Assembly (NCBI GenBank): GCA_016181585.1
Contig: JACOYX010000015.1
Coordinates: 8,152 to 72,151, forward strand
Origin: Candidatus Sungiibacteriota bacterium
Lineage (GTDB): Bacteria; Patescibacteriota; Minisyncoccia; Sungbacterales; HO2-52-23
Reading direction: 5' to 3'
DNA length: 64,000 bases
Shown: positions 36,624-46,472 of the stretch, in pieces
Position numbering within the stretch: position 1 is the stretch's first letter
Layout of the letters: each line of letters opens with the position of its first letter
Program-made: the position numbers and the translations under genes
The notes under the pieces: generated by a model
Databases searched by the model: none
Told to the model about the DNA's origin: nothing
The model's input: the letters and a program-made list of their open reading frames with translations, nothing else

Positions 36624-39083
36624 GTGGATCCCTATACTCTTTTTCTTCTCTATCTTGGTTTTATCGCCATCGTGGTGTGTGCCATCGCGATATTGCTTTT
36701 TCGTTTGCGTGTGGTGCGCCGCGGTGTGGTGAGTCGTTCGCTCAATCTCGAATTGATCAGTGTCCGCTTTGCTCCGCGTGAAGCCGCACAGAACGCTTCC
36801 CAACAAAACGACAATCTTCAGCAGGCACGGGAAAAAATCGCGCTCATGGAGCAATGCTTCGTGAATCTGCACCAAATTCGGGATTCATTTTTGCGTACGG
36901 TCATGTACGGCAAGCCTGTGTTTGGTTTGGAGCTTACCATTCCTGCGGCAAGCGAGGAGTTGGCTTTTTATATCGCGGTTCCGCGCCGTTTTGCGCGTAC
37001 GGCTGAAAAAGTGATTCAAGGCATTTTCCCCGATGCCCATCTTGAAATTTCCAAGGACTACAATATTTTCAATCCAAATGGCGTTGCGGTGGGGAGTCGA
37101 ATTAGGCTGAAGGAAAATAGCTTCTATCCCATTCGCACTTATCAAAAACTTGAAGGCGATCCCATGCGTGCGGTTACCAATGTTTTCACAAAACTTGCGC
37201 GCGAAGGCGAAGGCGCCGCTTTGCAAATCATTGCATATCCGGCGCCGGCAAAGTGGAAAGCCAAATTAAAAAAGCATGCAAAAAATATTTTTCAAGGTAA
37301 ACCGAATTACAATGCGCTGGGAAAGGCGGTGCGTGCCGTGGAAGTAGTTACCGGCACCGGCGCGCCCTTGCAAAACCAGCAGCAACAGATGAATATGCAA
37401 CAGCGCATTACGCCGCTTGAGGAGGAAAAAGTGCGTGCGATGGAGGGTAAAGCGGGAAAGGCGCTTTTTGAAACCAATATACGCATTGTCGCATCTGCGG
37501 CGGATATCCCGCGCGCAGAAGCTATTTTGCAGTCTCTTGAAGTTGCTTTTGCGCAATTTACCGACCCCAATCTCAATGGATTTTCAGTGGAGCGCTTGCA
37601 TAATAAATCTCTTAAAAATCTTCTTTTTAATTTTTCGTTTCGCATATACGACGGTCGCTCGCGCGCCGTTTTAAGCACCGAAGAACTTACCTCGATTTTC
37701 CATTTTCCGAATGTGACGATCGAGACGCCCCATATTAAAAGTATGAAAGCAAAGGAAGCGCCGGCTCCGGTAAATGTGCCGGGTGAAGGACTTCTCCTGG
37801 GCTATAATACGTTTCGAGGGGAGAAGCGTGATATTCGTCTTTCAGACGATGATCGCCGGCGGCACTTATATATAATCGGGCAAACCGGCACAGGAAAGAC
37901 TTCTTTTATGAAAACGCTCATTCAGCAGGATATTATGGAAGGCCGCGGGGTCTGCTACATCGATCCGCATGGGCAGGACATCGAAGATATTTTAGCCATG
38001 ATTCCGCGCCACCGCGCGCAGGATGTGATTTACTTTAATCCCGGGGATATCGAGCGGCCGATGGGGCTTAATTTTCTTGAATACGATACTAATTTTCCCG
38101 AGCAGAAAACATTTATCGTGAACGAACTTTTCAGTATTTTTCAAAAGCTCTACGGCGCGGTGCCCGAATCTTTGGGGCCGATGTTTGAACAATATTTTCG
38201 CAATGCGACCATGCTCGTGATGGACGATCCGCAGTCGGGCAATACCCTTCTTGAAATTTCACGAGTTATGTCGGACAAGGATTTTCGAGACCTTAAACTT
38301 TCGCGCGCTAAAAATATTGTAGTGAAAAACTTTTGGACTGAAGTTGCGGAGAAAGCGGGCGGCGAAGGTGAGCTTCGCAATATGGTGCCGTATATCACAT
38401 CAAAATTCGATGTGTTTTTGGCAAACGAAATTATGCGGCCGATCGTGGCGCAGGAAAAATCCGCTTTTAATTTCCGCGACATCATGGACAGCCGCAAGAT
38501 TTTTCTGGTCAATCTTTCAAAAGGGCGTCTTGGGGATATTAATTCCTCGCTTATAGGGCTCATTATTATCGGGAAAATTTTGATGGCCGCTTTTTCCCGT
38601 GTGGATATCGCGGATCAGGAGAGACGGCAGGACTTCTATTTATATATCGATGAATTTCAAAATGTTACGACCGATTCCATTGCGACTATCCTCTCCGAAG
38701 CGCGGAAGTTCCGTCTCGATCTTACGATTGCGCATCAATTTGTGGGACAGCTTCAGGAAAATATCAAAAAGGCGGTTTTTGGCAATGTCGGCTCCATGGC
38801 TTCGTTTCGCATCGGTGCGGATGACGCTGAATTTATTTCCAAACAATTCAAGCCGATTTTCAGCGAGCAGGATTTGTTGAATCTAGACAACTACAATTGC
38901 TATATAAAGCTTTTGGTGGGCGGACAGACGGCTCCTGCGTTTAGCATGAAGACCTATCCTACGGCAAAAGGAGATCGGGAAGCCGCTGAAATCATAAAAG
39001 AAATTTCCCGCACTAAATACGGAAAACCGCGGGAAGAGGTCGAGCAAGATGTGATGGAAAGGTATGAAAAGCAAGCGGTTTAG
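36624..39083 (+). CDS. membrane-anchored TraD/VirD4-like (type IV coupling protein / HerA-FtsK superfamily) P-loop ATPase
   Basis: GTG start, N-terminal TM, Walker A IIGQTGTGKTS, Walker B LYIDEFQN, AHQ motif. Confidence 0.75.
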   Translation: MDPYTLFLLYLGFIAIVVCAIAILLFRLRVVRRGVVSRSLNLELISVRFAPREAAQNASQQNDNLQQAREKIALMEQCFVNLHQIRDSFLRTVMYGKPVFGLELTIPAASEELAFYIAVPRRFARTAEKVIQGIFPDAHLEISKDYNIFNPNGVAVGSRIRLKENSFYPIRTYQKLEGDPMRAVTNVFTKLAREGEGAALQIIAYPAPAKWKAKLKKHAKNIFQGKPNYNALGKAVRAVEVVTGTGAPLQNQQQQMNMQQRITPLEEEKVRAMEGKAGKALFETNIRIVASAADIPRAEAILQSLEVAFAQFTDPNLNGFSVERLHNKSLKNLLFNFSFRIYDGRSRAVLSTEELTSIFHFPNVTIETPHIKSMKAKEAPAPVNVPGEGLLLGYNTFRGEKRDIRLSDDDRRRHLYIIGQTGTGKTSFMKTLIQQDIMEGRGVCYIDPHGQDIEDILAMIPRHRAQDVIYFNPGDIERPMGLNFLEYDTNFPEQKTFIVNELFSIFQKLYGAVPESLGPMFEQYFRNATMLVMDDPQSGNTLLEISRVMSDKDFRDLKLSRAKNIVVKNFWTEVAEKAGGEGELRNMVPYITSKFDVFLANEIMRPIVAQEKSAFNFRDIMDSRKIFLVNLSKGRLGDINSSLIGLIIIGKILMAAFSRVDIADQERRQDFYLYIDEFQNVTTDSIATILSEARKFRLDLTIAHQFVGQLQENIKKAVFGNVGSMASFRIGADDAEFISKQFKPIFSEQDLLNLDNYNCYIKLLVGGQTAPAFSMKTYPTAKGDREAAEIIKEISRTKYGKPREEVEQDVMERYEKQAV

Positions 39084-39100
39084 TTTTGGGTGATGATGTA

Positions 39101-39241
39101 ATGGGGATGCAATATAAAAATATACAAAAAGAACTTGATGCGTATCTTCGCAAATTTGCCGAGCTCGAAAAAGAAAAGGAGCGGATTTTGGCGCAATATA
39201 AAAAATATCTTGAGGCGATAAAGAGAAGAAAAAGTCATTAG
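39101..39241 (+). CDS. possible 46-aa coiled-coil sORF
   Basis: Own translation: MGMQYKNIQKELDAYLRKFAELEKEKERILAQYKKYLEAIKRRKSH. Weak SD; the stop lies in the F1 repeat half-site. Below the ORF-track cutoff. Confidence 0.35.
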   Translation: MGMQYKNIQKELDAYLRKFAELEKEKERILAQYKKYLEAIKRRKSH

Positions 39242-39253
39242 GGGACAGGTCTA
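39234..39253. repeat. F1 solo right end
   Basis: GTCATTAGGGGACAGGTCTA versus GTTATTAGGGGGCAGGTCTA at 28406. Confidence 0.6.
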
Positions 39254-39267
39254 TAGTCAGCAACCAT

Positions 39268-40773
39268 ATGCGTGAAGGAATTTTTGGAGAAAAAAATAAA
39301 TTGCCGTTGCGCGAAAATATCCGCTCCAAGCAAAGTGTTGAAAGTTCTCCCGAGGCGTTTGTGGAGAAAGTTTCGATTTCTCCCAACATAATGCGTGCAT
39401 CTGAAATAATCACGGAACGTGTGCAAAATTTTAAGGAAAAGAGCCGAAATGAGCTTGTTGGTCTTGAGGATAAATCCGGCTTGCCGCCTGAAGGCGTGCG
39501 AGAAGCCAGAAGTAGGTCCGGTGTCCTCCAGCGTATTGACAGGCTTTTTTTGGAAGTAGATATTCTCGTGAAGGAGATAAAATCTTTTTTTATCGTGCAA
39601 TTTCCCCGCAAAGAGAAAATTTTTAATCCAGAAAAAGATCTAAAAAAAATTCGCGATCTTTCACCTGCTGATAAGAGGAAGTCCTTAGAACGATATAAAG
39701 AAAAATTGGCAGATCTTTGGGAAAAAATGGCGCTATTGCAGGATGGCGTCGTGCAGGAAATTCGCAAAAATCCCGATTTGGCGGTTGACGTCTACATGAA
39801 TTTTGTTCGTATTTTTGCGGCGCGGGAAAAGTTGGGAGAACCTTATATCGAAATTGCTAAAAATATCCTGCAGGAATATAAGGAAAAACACGATGCGATT
39901 GAGCGGGTGTTGAAACAATTTCCAAGCCAAATAGATCTTTTCAGGGAGGTATTCGGACAAGAATCTGAAGGAAAAATTGAAATTGTCAAAGGGCCAATGA
40001 TAATTTTTTTCCGATGTTACGATATCGAGGATTATGTGCGTGCTGTAGAGAGCGTGACAAAACCGAAAGAACGGCAAGCGCTGGCTTCAATAAGAACTAC
40101 CCATGCGTTGCATTTCGTCGGATCGCCAAAAATTCCGGAGCTTGCGAATACGCTCGTTATAGAGAATGCGAGCCTGCCTAATTTTCTGGAAGAAGAAAAG
40201 AGAGTTTTTGACCACGAGGAACAGCATGCAATTCATGACTTGTTTTTTAAGCATATCAATAAAATCACGCTCCGCGAGGGTTGGAAGAGATTTGAATATT
40301 TTAAAAATTCACCGGAATTCGGAATCAATCCGCAAACGAAAACATTTATGAAGGGCTATCTGCGGGCGTTCCGGCTATTTGCGGAAACAAATGCCAAAAA
40401 TGAGATATTGGCCTATAAAAAAGAAAGAGTGTCTTCGCAGATAATTTTGAACGGACTCGTTGCAACCAAAGATGAAGGTGGTTCATATGATTTTTTATGG
40501 CGGACTTCCCGTGATTGCGAAGATAGAATAGCAGATATGTTTGCAAAAAAACATGCAGACGGACGGCCAACGCCGCAAGAAGTGCGTTTTGTGCTTGATG
40601 CAAGTCATGAGGTATTCCGCGACGAATACGTGGAAATGATCGGCCGCGGCATTGCGGCGTTTGATGATCTTACGGACTACGGACTTTCGGTGGATCAAGC
40701 GATAGGATTTTTGATTGCGGTGCCGCTTGATAAATGGCAGAAAACAGTACTAAGATTCTTAAAAGAAAAATAA
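39268..40773 (+). CDS. hypothetical protein with HExxH motif
   Basis: 501 aa, helical; DHEEQHAIHD. No family recognised; start uncertain. Confidence 0.6.
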   Translation: MREGIFGEKNKLPLRENIRSKQSVESSPEAFVEKVSISPNIMRASEIITERVQNFKEKSRNELVGLEDKSGLPPEGVREARSRSGVLQRIDRLFLEVDILVKEIKSFFIVQFPRKEKIFNPEKDLKKIRDLSPADKRKSLERYKEKLADLWEKMALLQDGVVQEIRKNPDLAVDVYMNFVRIFAAREKLGEPYIEIAKNILQEYKEKHDAIERVLKQFPSQIDLFREVFGQESEGKIEIVKGPMIIFFRCYDIEDYVRAVESVTKPKERQALASIRTTHALHFVGSPKIPELANTLVIENASLPNFLEEEKRVFDHEEQHAIHDLFFKHINKITLREGWKRFEYFKNSPEFGINPQTKTFMKGYLRAFRLFAETNAKNEILAYKKERVSSQIILNGLVATKDEGGSYDFLWRTSRDCEDRIADMFAKKHADGRPTPQEVRFVLDASHEVFRDEYVEMIGRGIAAFDDLTDYGLSVDQAIGFLIAVPLDKWQKTVLRFLKEK

Positions 40774-40854
40774 AATATGCAAAAAAGTTTGCGGGGAAAT
40801 TAAATTCGCGATAGTATAACCGGATAATATTTCTCTCAAACAGTTTCTCAATAT

Positions 40855-41454
40855 ATGCTCACAAAACTTGATTATGCTATCGGAGGATTTGCGGGGTTTT
40901 TCACCGGAATTTTTTTGATACCGATGCTCTATAACCTCGGCGTGCGCGAGCCTTTCGTTTTGATGGCTTTGCCGCTTGCGGCGGCTTTGCTTTTTGCATT
41001 TGGCGTCTGGCTCGGCAAATTTCTCTCGCGCTGGGTTCCGCTTATGGGACAGCTCGCAAAATTTGCGGCAGTCGGATTTTTGAATACCGCATTGGATTTT
41101 GGGATATTGAATTTGTTGAGTGCGGCAACCGGTGTAACGGCGGGCGTAGTGGTGGGCGGCGTAAATATTCCCGGCTTCAGCGTGGCAGTGTTTAATAGTT
41201 TTTTTTGGAATAAGCTCTGGGTGTTTCGAGGACGACAGCACAGTGCGCTTTTGCAAGATTTTCCGCAGTTTTTCGCAGTCACTTTTATCGGTCTGCTTAT
41301 CAACAGCGGAATTATTGTCGCTGTTACTACGTTCGTTGAGCCTGCGTTCGGGCTTTCGGATCAGGCATGGCTCAATACCGCAAAAGCGGGGGCTACGATT
41401 GTTTCGTTTATCTGGAATTTTATCGGCTATAAATTTTTCGTGTTTAGGCGCTAG
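40855..41454 (+). CDS. GtrA-family membrane protein
   Basis: 4 TM; KFAAVGFLNTALDFGILNLL and FIWNFIGYKFFVF signatures. Confidence 0.8.
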   Translation: MLTKLDYAIGGFAGFFTGIFLIPMLYNLGVREPFVLMALPLAAALLFAFGVWLGKFLSRWVPLMGQLAKFAAVGFLNTALDFGILNLLSAATGVTAGVVVGGVNIPGFSVAVFNSFFWNKLWVFRGRQHSALLQDFPQFFAVTFIGLLINSGIIVAVTTFVEPAFGLSDQAWLNTAKAGATIVSFIWNFIGYKFFVFRR

Positions 41455-41549
41455 GTTTCTCATTTGACTTGCAATAAATTTTAAAATATGGTTTAATATA
41501 AACAGAACTCTAGGTTAAAAAATTAGAAAAGAGAAAGGTGGTATACGAT

Positions 41550-41834
41550 ATGCCGGTTACGCCAGAAATTATAGAGTGTATTTGTTGCGGGAAAAGTTTT
41601 GCGGTGTTGCGGTACGGCAGGGGTATACCCTGTCCGCACTGCAGAAACCGGCTCGATATTTTTCCGGATCCGCTTGTACAAGTTGATACGGCGTGGGGAG
41701 GCTTTACTGTGGGTTTCCTCCAACCAGGATTCATGGAGGATATGATTGCGGAAGCAATCAAAGATGGGGTCAAAACCGCCGCTGGAGAAATGCTTTCTCC
41801 AGTCAATATATTGAAAAAAATTCTGGGGAAGTAG
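41550..41834 (+). CDS. small zinc-ribbon protein
   Basis: GAAAGGTGG SD 8 nt before ATG 41550 (track start 41538). CICC...CPHC. Confidence 0.5.
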   Translation: MPVTPEIIECICCGKSFAVLRYGRGIPCPHCRNRLDIFPDPLVQVDTAWGGFTVGFLQPGFMEDMIAEAIKDGVKTAAGEMLSPVNILKKILGK

Positions 41835-41855
41835 CAAAACGAGTGATAAGACGTA

Positions 41856-41885
41856 CCGCCTAAGCAACTTGCTTAGGCGGTTTTA
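41856..41885 (+). terminator. intrinsic terminator
   Basis: CCGCCTAAGC-AACTT-GCTTAGGCGGTTTT. Confidence 0.8.
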
Positions 41886-41887
41886 GA

Positions 41888-41914
41888 TTGGCACTCTTGA
41901 CGCGAGAGTGCTAA
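41888..41914 (+). promoter_or_regulatory. CIRCE operator (HrcA binding site)
   Basis: TTGGCACTC-N9-GAGTGCTAA versus consensus TTAGCACTC-N9-GAGTGCTAA, 29 nt upstream of hrcA. Confidence 0.85.
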
Positions 41915-41942
41915 CCGATTATACTTTTCAGTAGTTATAATA

Positions 41943-42650
41943 ATGAATATGCTGAAAGATCGGCAAAAATCTATCTTGGAGGCGGCGATACTGGAGCATA
42001 TCCGCACGGCGCGCCCCGTGGCTTCGCAAGAAATCATGGAGTGTCTGCGTCTCGGGGTGAGCCCCGCTACTATCCGCAGTGAAATGCAGACTCTTGATGA
42101 AGAGGGATATTTGGAGCAGCCCCATACTTCCGCAGGGCGTGTTCCTACTGACAAGGGATATCGATTTTTTGTAGATAATGTGATCGAGCAGTCCATGCTA
42201 GAAAAAGGCGAGAAGCGGAAAATGGACGAAGTCTTTAACGCGAAGGAAGTTGATGAATTTATAAAATATTTAAGCCGGAGCGTTGCGGAAATTTCCGGAG
42301 TGTTTGCGGCGGTGGGTGCTTTTGACGACGATGTTTTTTATGACAATGGCCTTGCGGAAATTCTCGATGAGCCGGAGTTTAAAGAAGCAAGTTCTATCCG
42401 CGCATTTAGCAGGTTGGTAGATTTACTCGACGAAACCATACCCGAGCTTTTCCGCGCACATGACATAGAAGAGGAAGCGATGTTTATTGGAAGTGAGAAT
42501 CCTTTGCATGAGGCTCGGGATTATGCGATGACGGTTTCTCGCTGGCACCACCCCGAAGGGTTTGAAGGATTTGTGGCTATGGTGGGTCCCAAACGAACGC
42601 ATTATGAAAAACACATGGCGATCGTCAGGTATTTGGAAAAAATAAGATAA
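41943..42650 (+). CDS. hrcA: heat-inducible repressor HrcA (short, 235 aa)
   Basis: Winged-helix N-terminus, HTSAGRVPTDKGYRFFVD. CIRCE operator 30 nt upstream. Confidence 0.85.
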   Translation: MNMLKDRQKSILEAAILEHIRTARPVASQEIMECLRLGVSPATIRSEMQTLDEEGYLEQPHTSAGRVPTDKGYRFFVDNVIEQSMLEKGEKRKMDEVFNAKEVDEFIKYLSRSVAEISGVFAAVGAFDDDVFYDNGLAEILDEPEFKEASSIRAFSRLVDLLDETIPELFRAHDIEEEAMFIGSENPLHEARDYAMTVSRWHHPEGFEGFVAMVGPKRTHYEKHMAIVRYLEKIR

Positions 42651-42701
42651 TAAGGGGTGCGGTACTGAAGAATTTTAACGAATCTGAATATTTTAAACAT
42701 T

Positions 42702-43223
42702 ATGAATCAACACACATCACCAACAGAGCAAGATGCGGGAACTTCGAAAGAAAATACCAATGAATCCGCCCGTCTTAAGGAGGAGTTACAGCAATGCGAG
42801 TTACGCTCGAAAGAATATCTCGAGGGATGGCAGAGGGCAAAAGCTGATTTTATAAATTATAAAAGTGAGGAGGGGAAAAGGTTGGAAGACATGGCGCGGT
42901 TTATTACCACTGGCTTGATTCAGGATATATTGCCGGTGCTGGATAGTTTCGATCTTGCGTTTCAATACAAGATGCCGAAGGAAATGGAGCGCGGGGTACT
43001 GTTGATCCGTTCGCAGTTCGAGGATGTGCTGAAAAAACGCGGACTTGAAGAGATTTCGGTTGTGAAGGGAGAGCCGTTTAATCCGGAAAAACATGAAAGC
43101 ATTGGAGAAATTGCGTCAGATGTTCCGGAGGGGGCAATAGTGGAAGTATTGCAAAAAGGATATACATTGCGCGGCAAAGTTTTGCGTCCGGCGCGGGTAA
43201 GATTATCTAAAAATAACAATTAA
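42702..43223 (+). CDS. grpE: nucleotide exchange factor GrpE
   Basis: RAKADFINYK, ILPVLDSFDLA, GYTLRGKVLRPARV. Confidence 0.9.
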   Translation: MNQHTSPTEQDAGTSKENTNESARLKEELQQCELRSKEYLEGWQRAKADFINYKSEEGKRLEDMARFITTGLIQDILPVLDSFDLAFQYKMPKEMERGVLLIRSQFEDVLKKRGLEEISVVKGEPFNPEKHESIGEIASDVPEGAIVEVLQKGYTLRGKVLRPARVRLSKNNN

Positions 43224-43227
43224 TCCT

Positions 43228-43306
43228 GAATTATGAATCAAGAATTATGAATTGTGTATAAGAAATTTTTTCCATGATTCATGCTTCGTAATTCATAATT
43301 CAATTT
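43228..43306. repeat. F3 ATTCATG-heptad palindromic element in the dnaK leader
   Basis: GAATTATGAATCAAGAATTATGAATT ... CATGATTCATGCTTCGTAATTCATAATTC. Confidence 0.65.
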
Positions 43307-43308
43307 CA

Positions 43309-45216
43309 ATGTCAAAAATTTTAGGAATAGATTTGGGGACGACTAACTCCGCGATGGCGGTGATTGAACACGGCGAGCCGAAAATTATTGAGAATAAAGA
43401 GGGGAACCGCACCACTCCTTCGATTGTCGCTATTTCCAAATCCAGCGATCGTCTGGTGGGACTTTTGGCAAAGCGCCAAGCGGTAACCAATCCGAAAAAC
43501 ACCATTTTTTCGGTGAAGCGCTTGATCGGGCGCAAATTTTCAGATGCCGAAATTAAAAAAGACCGTGAGTGGCTTCCCTATGAAATTCGCGAGGCGGCAA
43601 ATGGCGGTGTTGAGGTTAAAATGAATGAAAAATGGTATCGGCCGGAAGAAATATCGGCCATGATTCTGCAAAAGCTCAAACAGGATGCGGAGGAAAAACT
43701 TGGTGAAAAAATTACGGAGGCGGTGATAACCGTTCCTGCGTATTTTGACGATGCCCAGCGCAAAGCCACGCAAGCCGCCGGAGAAATTGCGGGCTTCAAA
43801 GTACGCCGCATTTTAAACGAGCCGACGGCAGCAGCCCTTGCATATGGATTTAACAAAAAGAAAAACGAGCAGATTGTGGTATACGACTTTGGTGGAGGAA
43901 CATTCGATGTTTCCGTGCTTGAAGTAACCGAAGATACGGTGGAGGTGAAAGCGGTGGATGGCGATACGCATTTGGGAGGCGATGATTTTGACCAGCGGAT
44001 TATCAAATGGATCGCGGAGGAATATAAGAAAAGCGAAGCGATCGATCTTTCCAAAGATACGCTGGCGCTCCAGCGCTTGAAAGAGGCTGCGGAAAAAGCG
44101 AAGCACGAGCTTTCGACCACTCCGGAAACAGAAATCAATCTTCCTTTTATCACTTCAACCGCCGATGGCCCGAAGCATTTAGTTATGAAGTTCGGTCGTT
44201 CAAAGCTTGAGGAATTGGTGCATGACATGATTGAAAAATCGATTGAGATCACCAAACGTGCCGTTGTTTCGCCAGCTTCCAAGGGAGCTGGCCTTCAACT
44301 TGCCGATATTGATGAGGTTATTTTAGTGGGCGGACAGACGAGAATGCCCGCCATGATAGATGCCGTTCGCAAACTATTCAATAAAGAGCCGAATCGTACC
44401 ATTAATCCGGATGAAGTGGTGGCGATAGGTGCGGCGGTACAAGGAGGCATTTTACAGGGAGAAGTAAAAGACGTTCTGCTTCTTGATGTAACTCCGCTGT
44501 CGCTTGGCATTGAAACGCTGGGAGGTGTGATGACAAAAGTTATTGAAAAAAATACCACCGTGCCAACGGCAAAATCGCAAGTATTTTCGACGGCGGCTGA
44601 CAATCAAACTTCAGTAGAAATTTTAGTCTTGCAAGGAGAGCGGGAAATGGCGGCAGACAACAAAGTGCTTGCGCGATTTATGCTTGACGGTATTCCTCCT
44701 TCTCCTCGCGGTACTCCGCAGGTGGAAGTGACTTTTGATATTGATGCCAATGGAGTTTTGTCGGTGAAGGCGCGTGATAAAGCTACGAGCAAAGAGCAAT
44801 CGGTGCGTATCGAAGCTTCCGCTTCGCTTACAAAGGAAGAGATCGAAAAAATGAAGCGCGATGCGGAAATGCATGCGGAAGATGATCGAAAAAAGCGGGA
44901 AAGCATTGAAGCAAAAAACGTAGCGGATGCTTTGATATATACCGCAGAAAAATCGCTTCGAGACGCGGGCGCGAAGATTCCCGAAGCGATAAAAACCGAA
45001 GTGGAATCGAAAATCAGCGCACTGAAAAGCGTGAAGGAAGGCGTTGATTTCGATGCGACAAAGCGCGCCACGCAGGAGCTCTCGGCTTCGCTTCAGAAAA
45101 TAGGTGCGGAAATGTACAAAGGCGGAGAGGAGAAAAAAGCGGAGGGGAAAGAGGATGAAGGGAATGTGAAAGAGGCGGAGTTTGAGGAGAAAAAAGATGG
45201 TGAGGAGAAAAAATGA
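43309..45216 (+). CDS. dnaK: chaperone DnaK (Hsp70)
   Basis: ORF from 43252; ATG 43309 gives [22 protein letters not shown]. Confidence 0.97.
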   Translation: MSKILGIDLGTTNSAMAVIEHGEPKIIENKEGNRTTPSIVAISKSSDRLVGLLAKRQAVTNPKNTIFSVKRLIGRKFSDAEIKKDREWLPYEIREAANGGVEVKMNEKWYRPEEISAMILQKLKQDAEEKLGEKITEAVITVPAYFDDAQRKATQAAGEIAGFKVRRILNEPTAAALAYGFNKKKNEQIVVYDFGGGTFDVSVLEVTEDTVEVKAVDGDTHLGGDDFDQRIIKWIAEEYKKSEAIDLSKDTLALQRLKEAAEKAKHELSTTPETEINLPFITSTADGPKHLVMKFGRSKLEELVHDMIEKSIEITKRAVVSPASKGAGLQLADIDEVILVGGQTRMPAMIDAVRKLFNKEPNRTINPDEVVAIGAAVQGGILQGEVKDVLLLDVTPLSLGIETLGGVMTKVIEKNTTVPTAKSQVFSTAADNQTSVEILVLQGEREMAADNKVLARFMLDGIPPSPRGTPQVEVTFDIDANGVLSVKARDKATSKEQSVRIEASASLTKEEIEKMKRDAEMHAEDDRKKRESIEAKNVADALIYTAEKSLRDAGAKIPEAIKTEVESKISALKSVKEGVDFDATKRATQELSASLQKIGAEMYKGGEEKKAEGKEDEGNVKEAEFEEKKDGEEKK

Positions 45217-45278
45217 TTTACTCAAAGCGCATCTTTTTCTTCACTGTTGCGGCATGGAAGTGATGACAAAAACAGAAA

Positions 45279-45314
45279 ACCAAAAAGAGCAGAGAATCTG
45301 CTCTTTTTGGTTTA
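45279..45314 (+). terminator. intrinsic terminator after dnaK
   Basis: CCAAAAAGAGCAGA-GAA-TCTGCTCTTTTTGGTTT. Confidence 0.8.
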
Positions 45315-45343
45315 TGCTGTTTATCTTTTTTTAGTTTTTTTGT

Positions 45344-45452
45344 ATAATGGGTCTGTTGTCAAATACGCTTTCTCCTGCAAATGATGAATTTCTGCCAAAA
45401 TAGCTTCAAAACTTTTTGGCTTATCTTCCAGATAGGCCTCAAAGTTTGTTCA
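45344..45452. repeat. F1b element copy A (right end degenerate)
   Basis: 67 nt (45369-45435) identical to 62219-62285. Confidence 0.85.
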
Positions 45453-45485
45453 GCAATTTTGTCTAGATTAATATAAATTATATTA

Positions 45486-46457
45486 ATGGAAAAGTCAAAT
45501 ATATATCTGAAAGAATTAATTCTTGCGGCAATTGCCGTTGCGGCGAGTATTGCGGTGTTTTGGCTGTGGAGCGGACGGGTGGCAGTGGTGCAGGGGACTG
45601 ATATCCGCGGTTATTCGGCGCTCATTTTGCCCATTGCGGGGATTTGCTTGAGCGGCGCGTTCTTTGCTTTTGCGATGCTTTTTGTACGCAATGTGCGGAT
45701 TGCGTATCTTTCTGCAGGACTGTCAGTGGGTACGCCATATCTTCTGCTTCCAGCGAGTAGCGTTGTGTTTGGCACGTTTGTGTTGAGTATTTTTTTGATA
45801 TTGTTTTCGGCGCGGCGCATGCGCAGTGAGTATGCGCTTTCAAACGGGTTTAGCATATCAAAAATTGCAAGAGAAGGACTGCCGCTTTATTTCACGGTTG
45901 CCTCACTCGTGATTTCGGTTTTTTATTTGCACCAATTGAACCAACAAAATGGCGCGGAGGCTTTGATTCCTCGCCCTGCGCTGGATTATACCCTGCGATG
46001 GCTTACCAAAAATCCGTCGCTTTTTGAATCGCTCGATGTTCCGGCAATTAATCCGGATATGTCGATTGATGAGGTTTTAAAAAACTTTCTCCAGAAAGAA
46101 TTGGAGGATGCCGGTGGTGTGAATAAAATACCGGAGCAAGAGCTATCGCGGCTTATCCTTGAACAGCGGACGGTTCTGTCGCGCCAGTACGGCATTTCAT
46201 TGCGGGGAAATGAAAAAGTAGGAGATGTTTTGAACCATGCGGTGCAAAGCTATATGGCGCGGCTTTTGGGACCATATCAGGAGTATCTGCCGTTCGCTTC
46301 CGCCGCCGCCTTTTTTCTGGCATTCAAAACCTTAACACTTCCGCTGTATTATGTTACTCTGCTTTTGAGCAATATTTTGATTAAATTGGCTTTTTATGGT
46401 AAAATTTTGAAACGAGAAAAAGAGAAAATAGAAGTAGAGCGGGTGATGCTTGCATAA
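45486..46457 (+). CDS. hypothetical polytopic membrane protein
   Basis: 323 aa, about 6 hydrophobic helices, located between dnaK and dnaJ. Confidence 0.6.
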   Translation: MEKSNIYLKELILAAIAVAASIAVFWLWSGRVAVVQGTDIRGYSALILPIAGICLSGAFFAFAMLFVRNVRIAYLSAGLSVGTPYLLLPASSVVFGTFVLSIFLILFSARRMRSEYALSNGFSISKIAREGLPLYFTVASLVISVFYLHQLNQQNGAEALIPRPALDYTLRWLTKNPSLFESLDVPAINPDMSIDEVLKNFLQKELEDAGGVNKIPEQELSRLILEQRTVLSRQYGISLRGNEKVGDVLNHAVQSYMARLLGPYQEYLPFASAAAFFLAFKTLTLPLYYVTLLLSNILIKLAFYGKILKREKEKIEVERVMLA

Positions 46458-46472
46458 AAACAGAAATAAACT

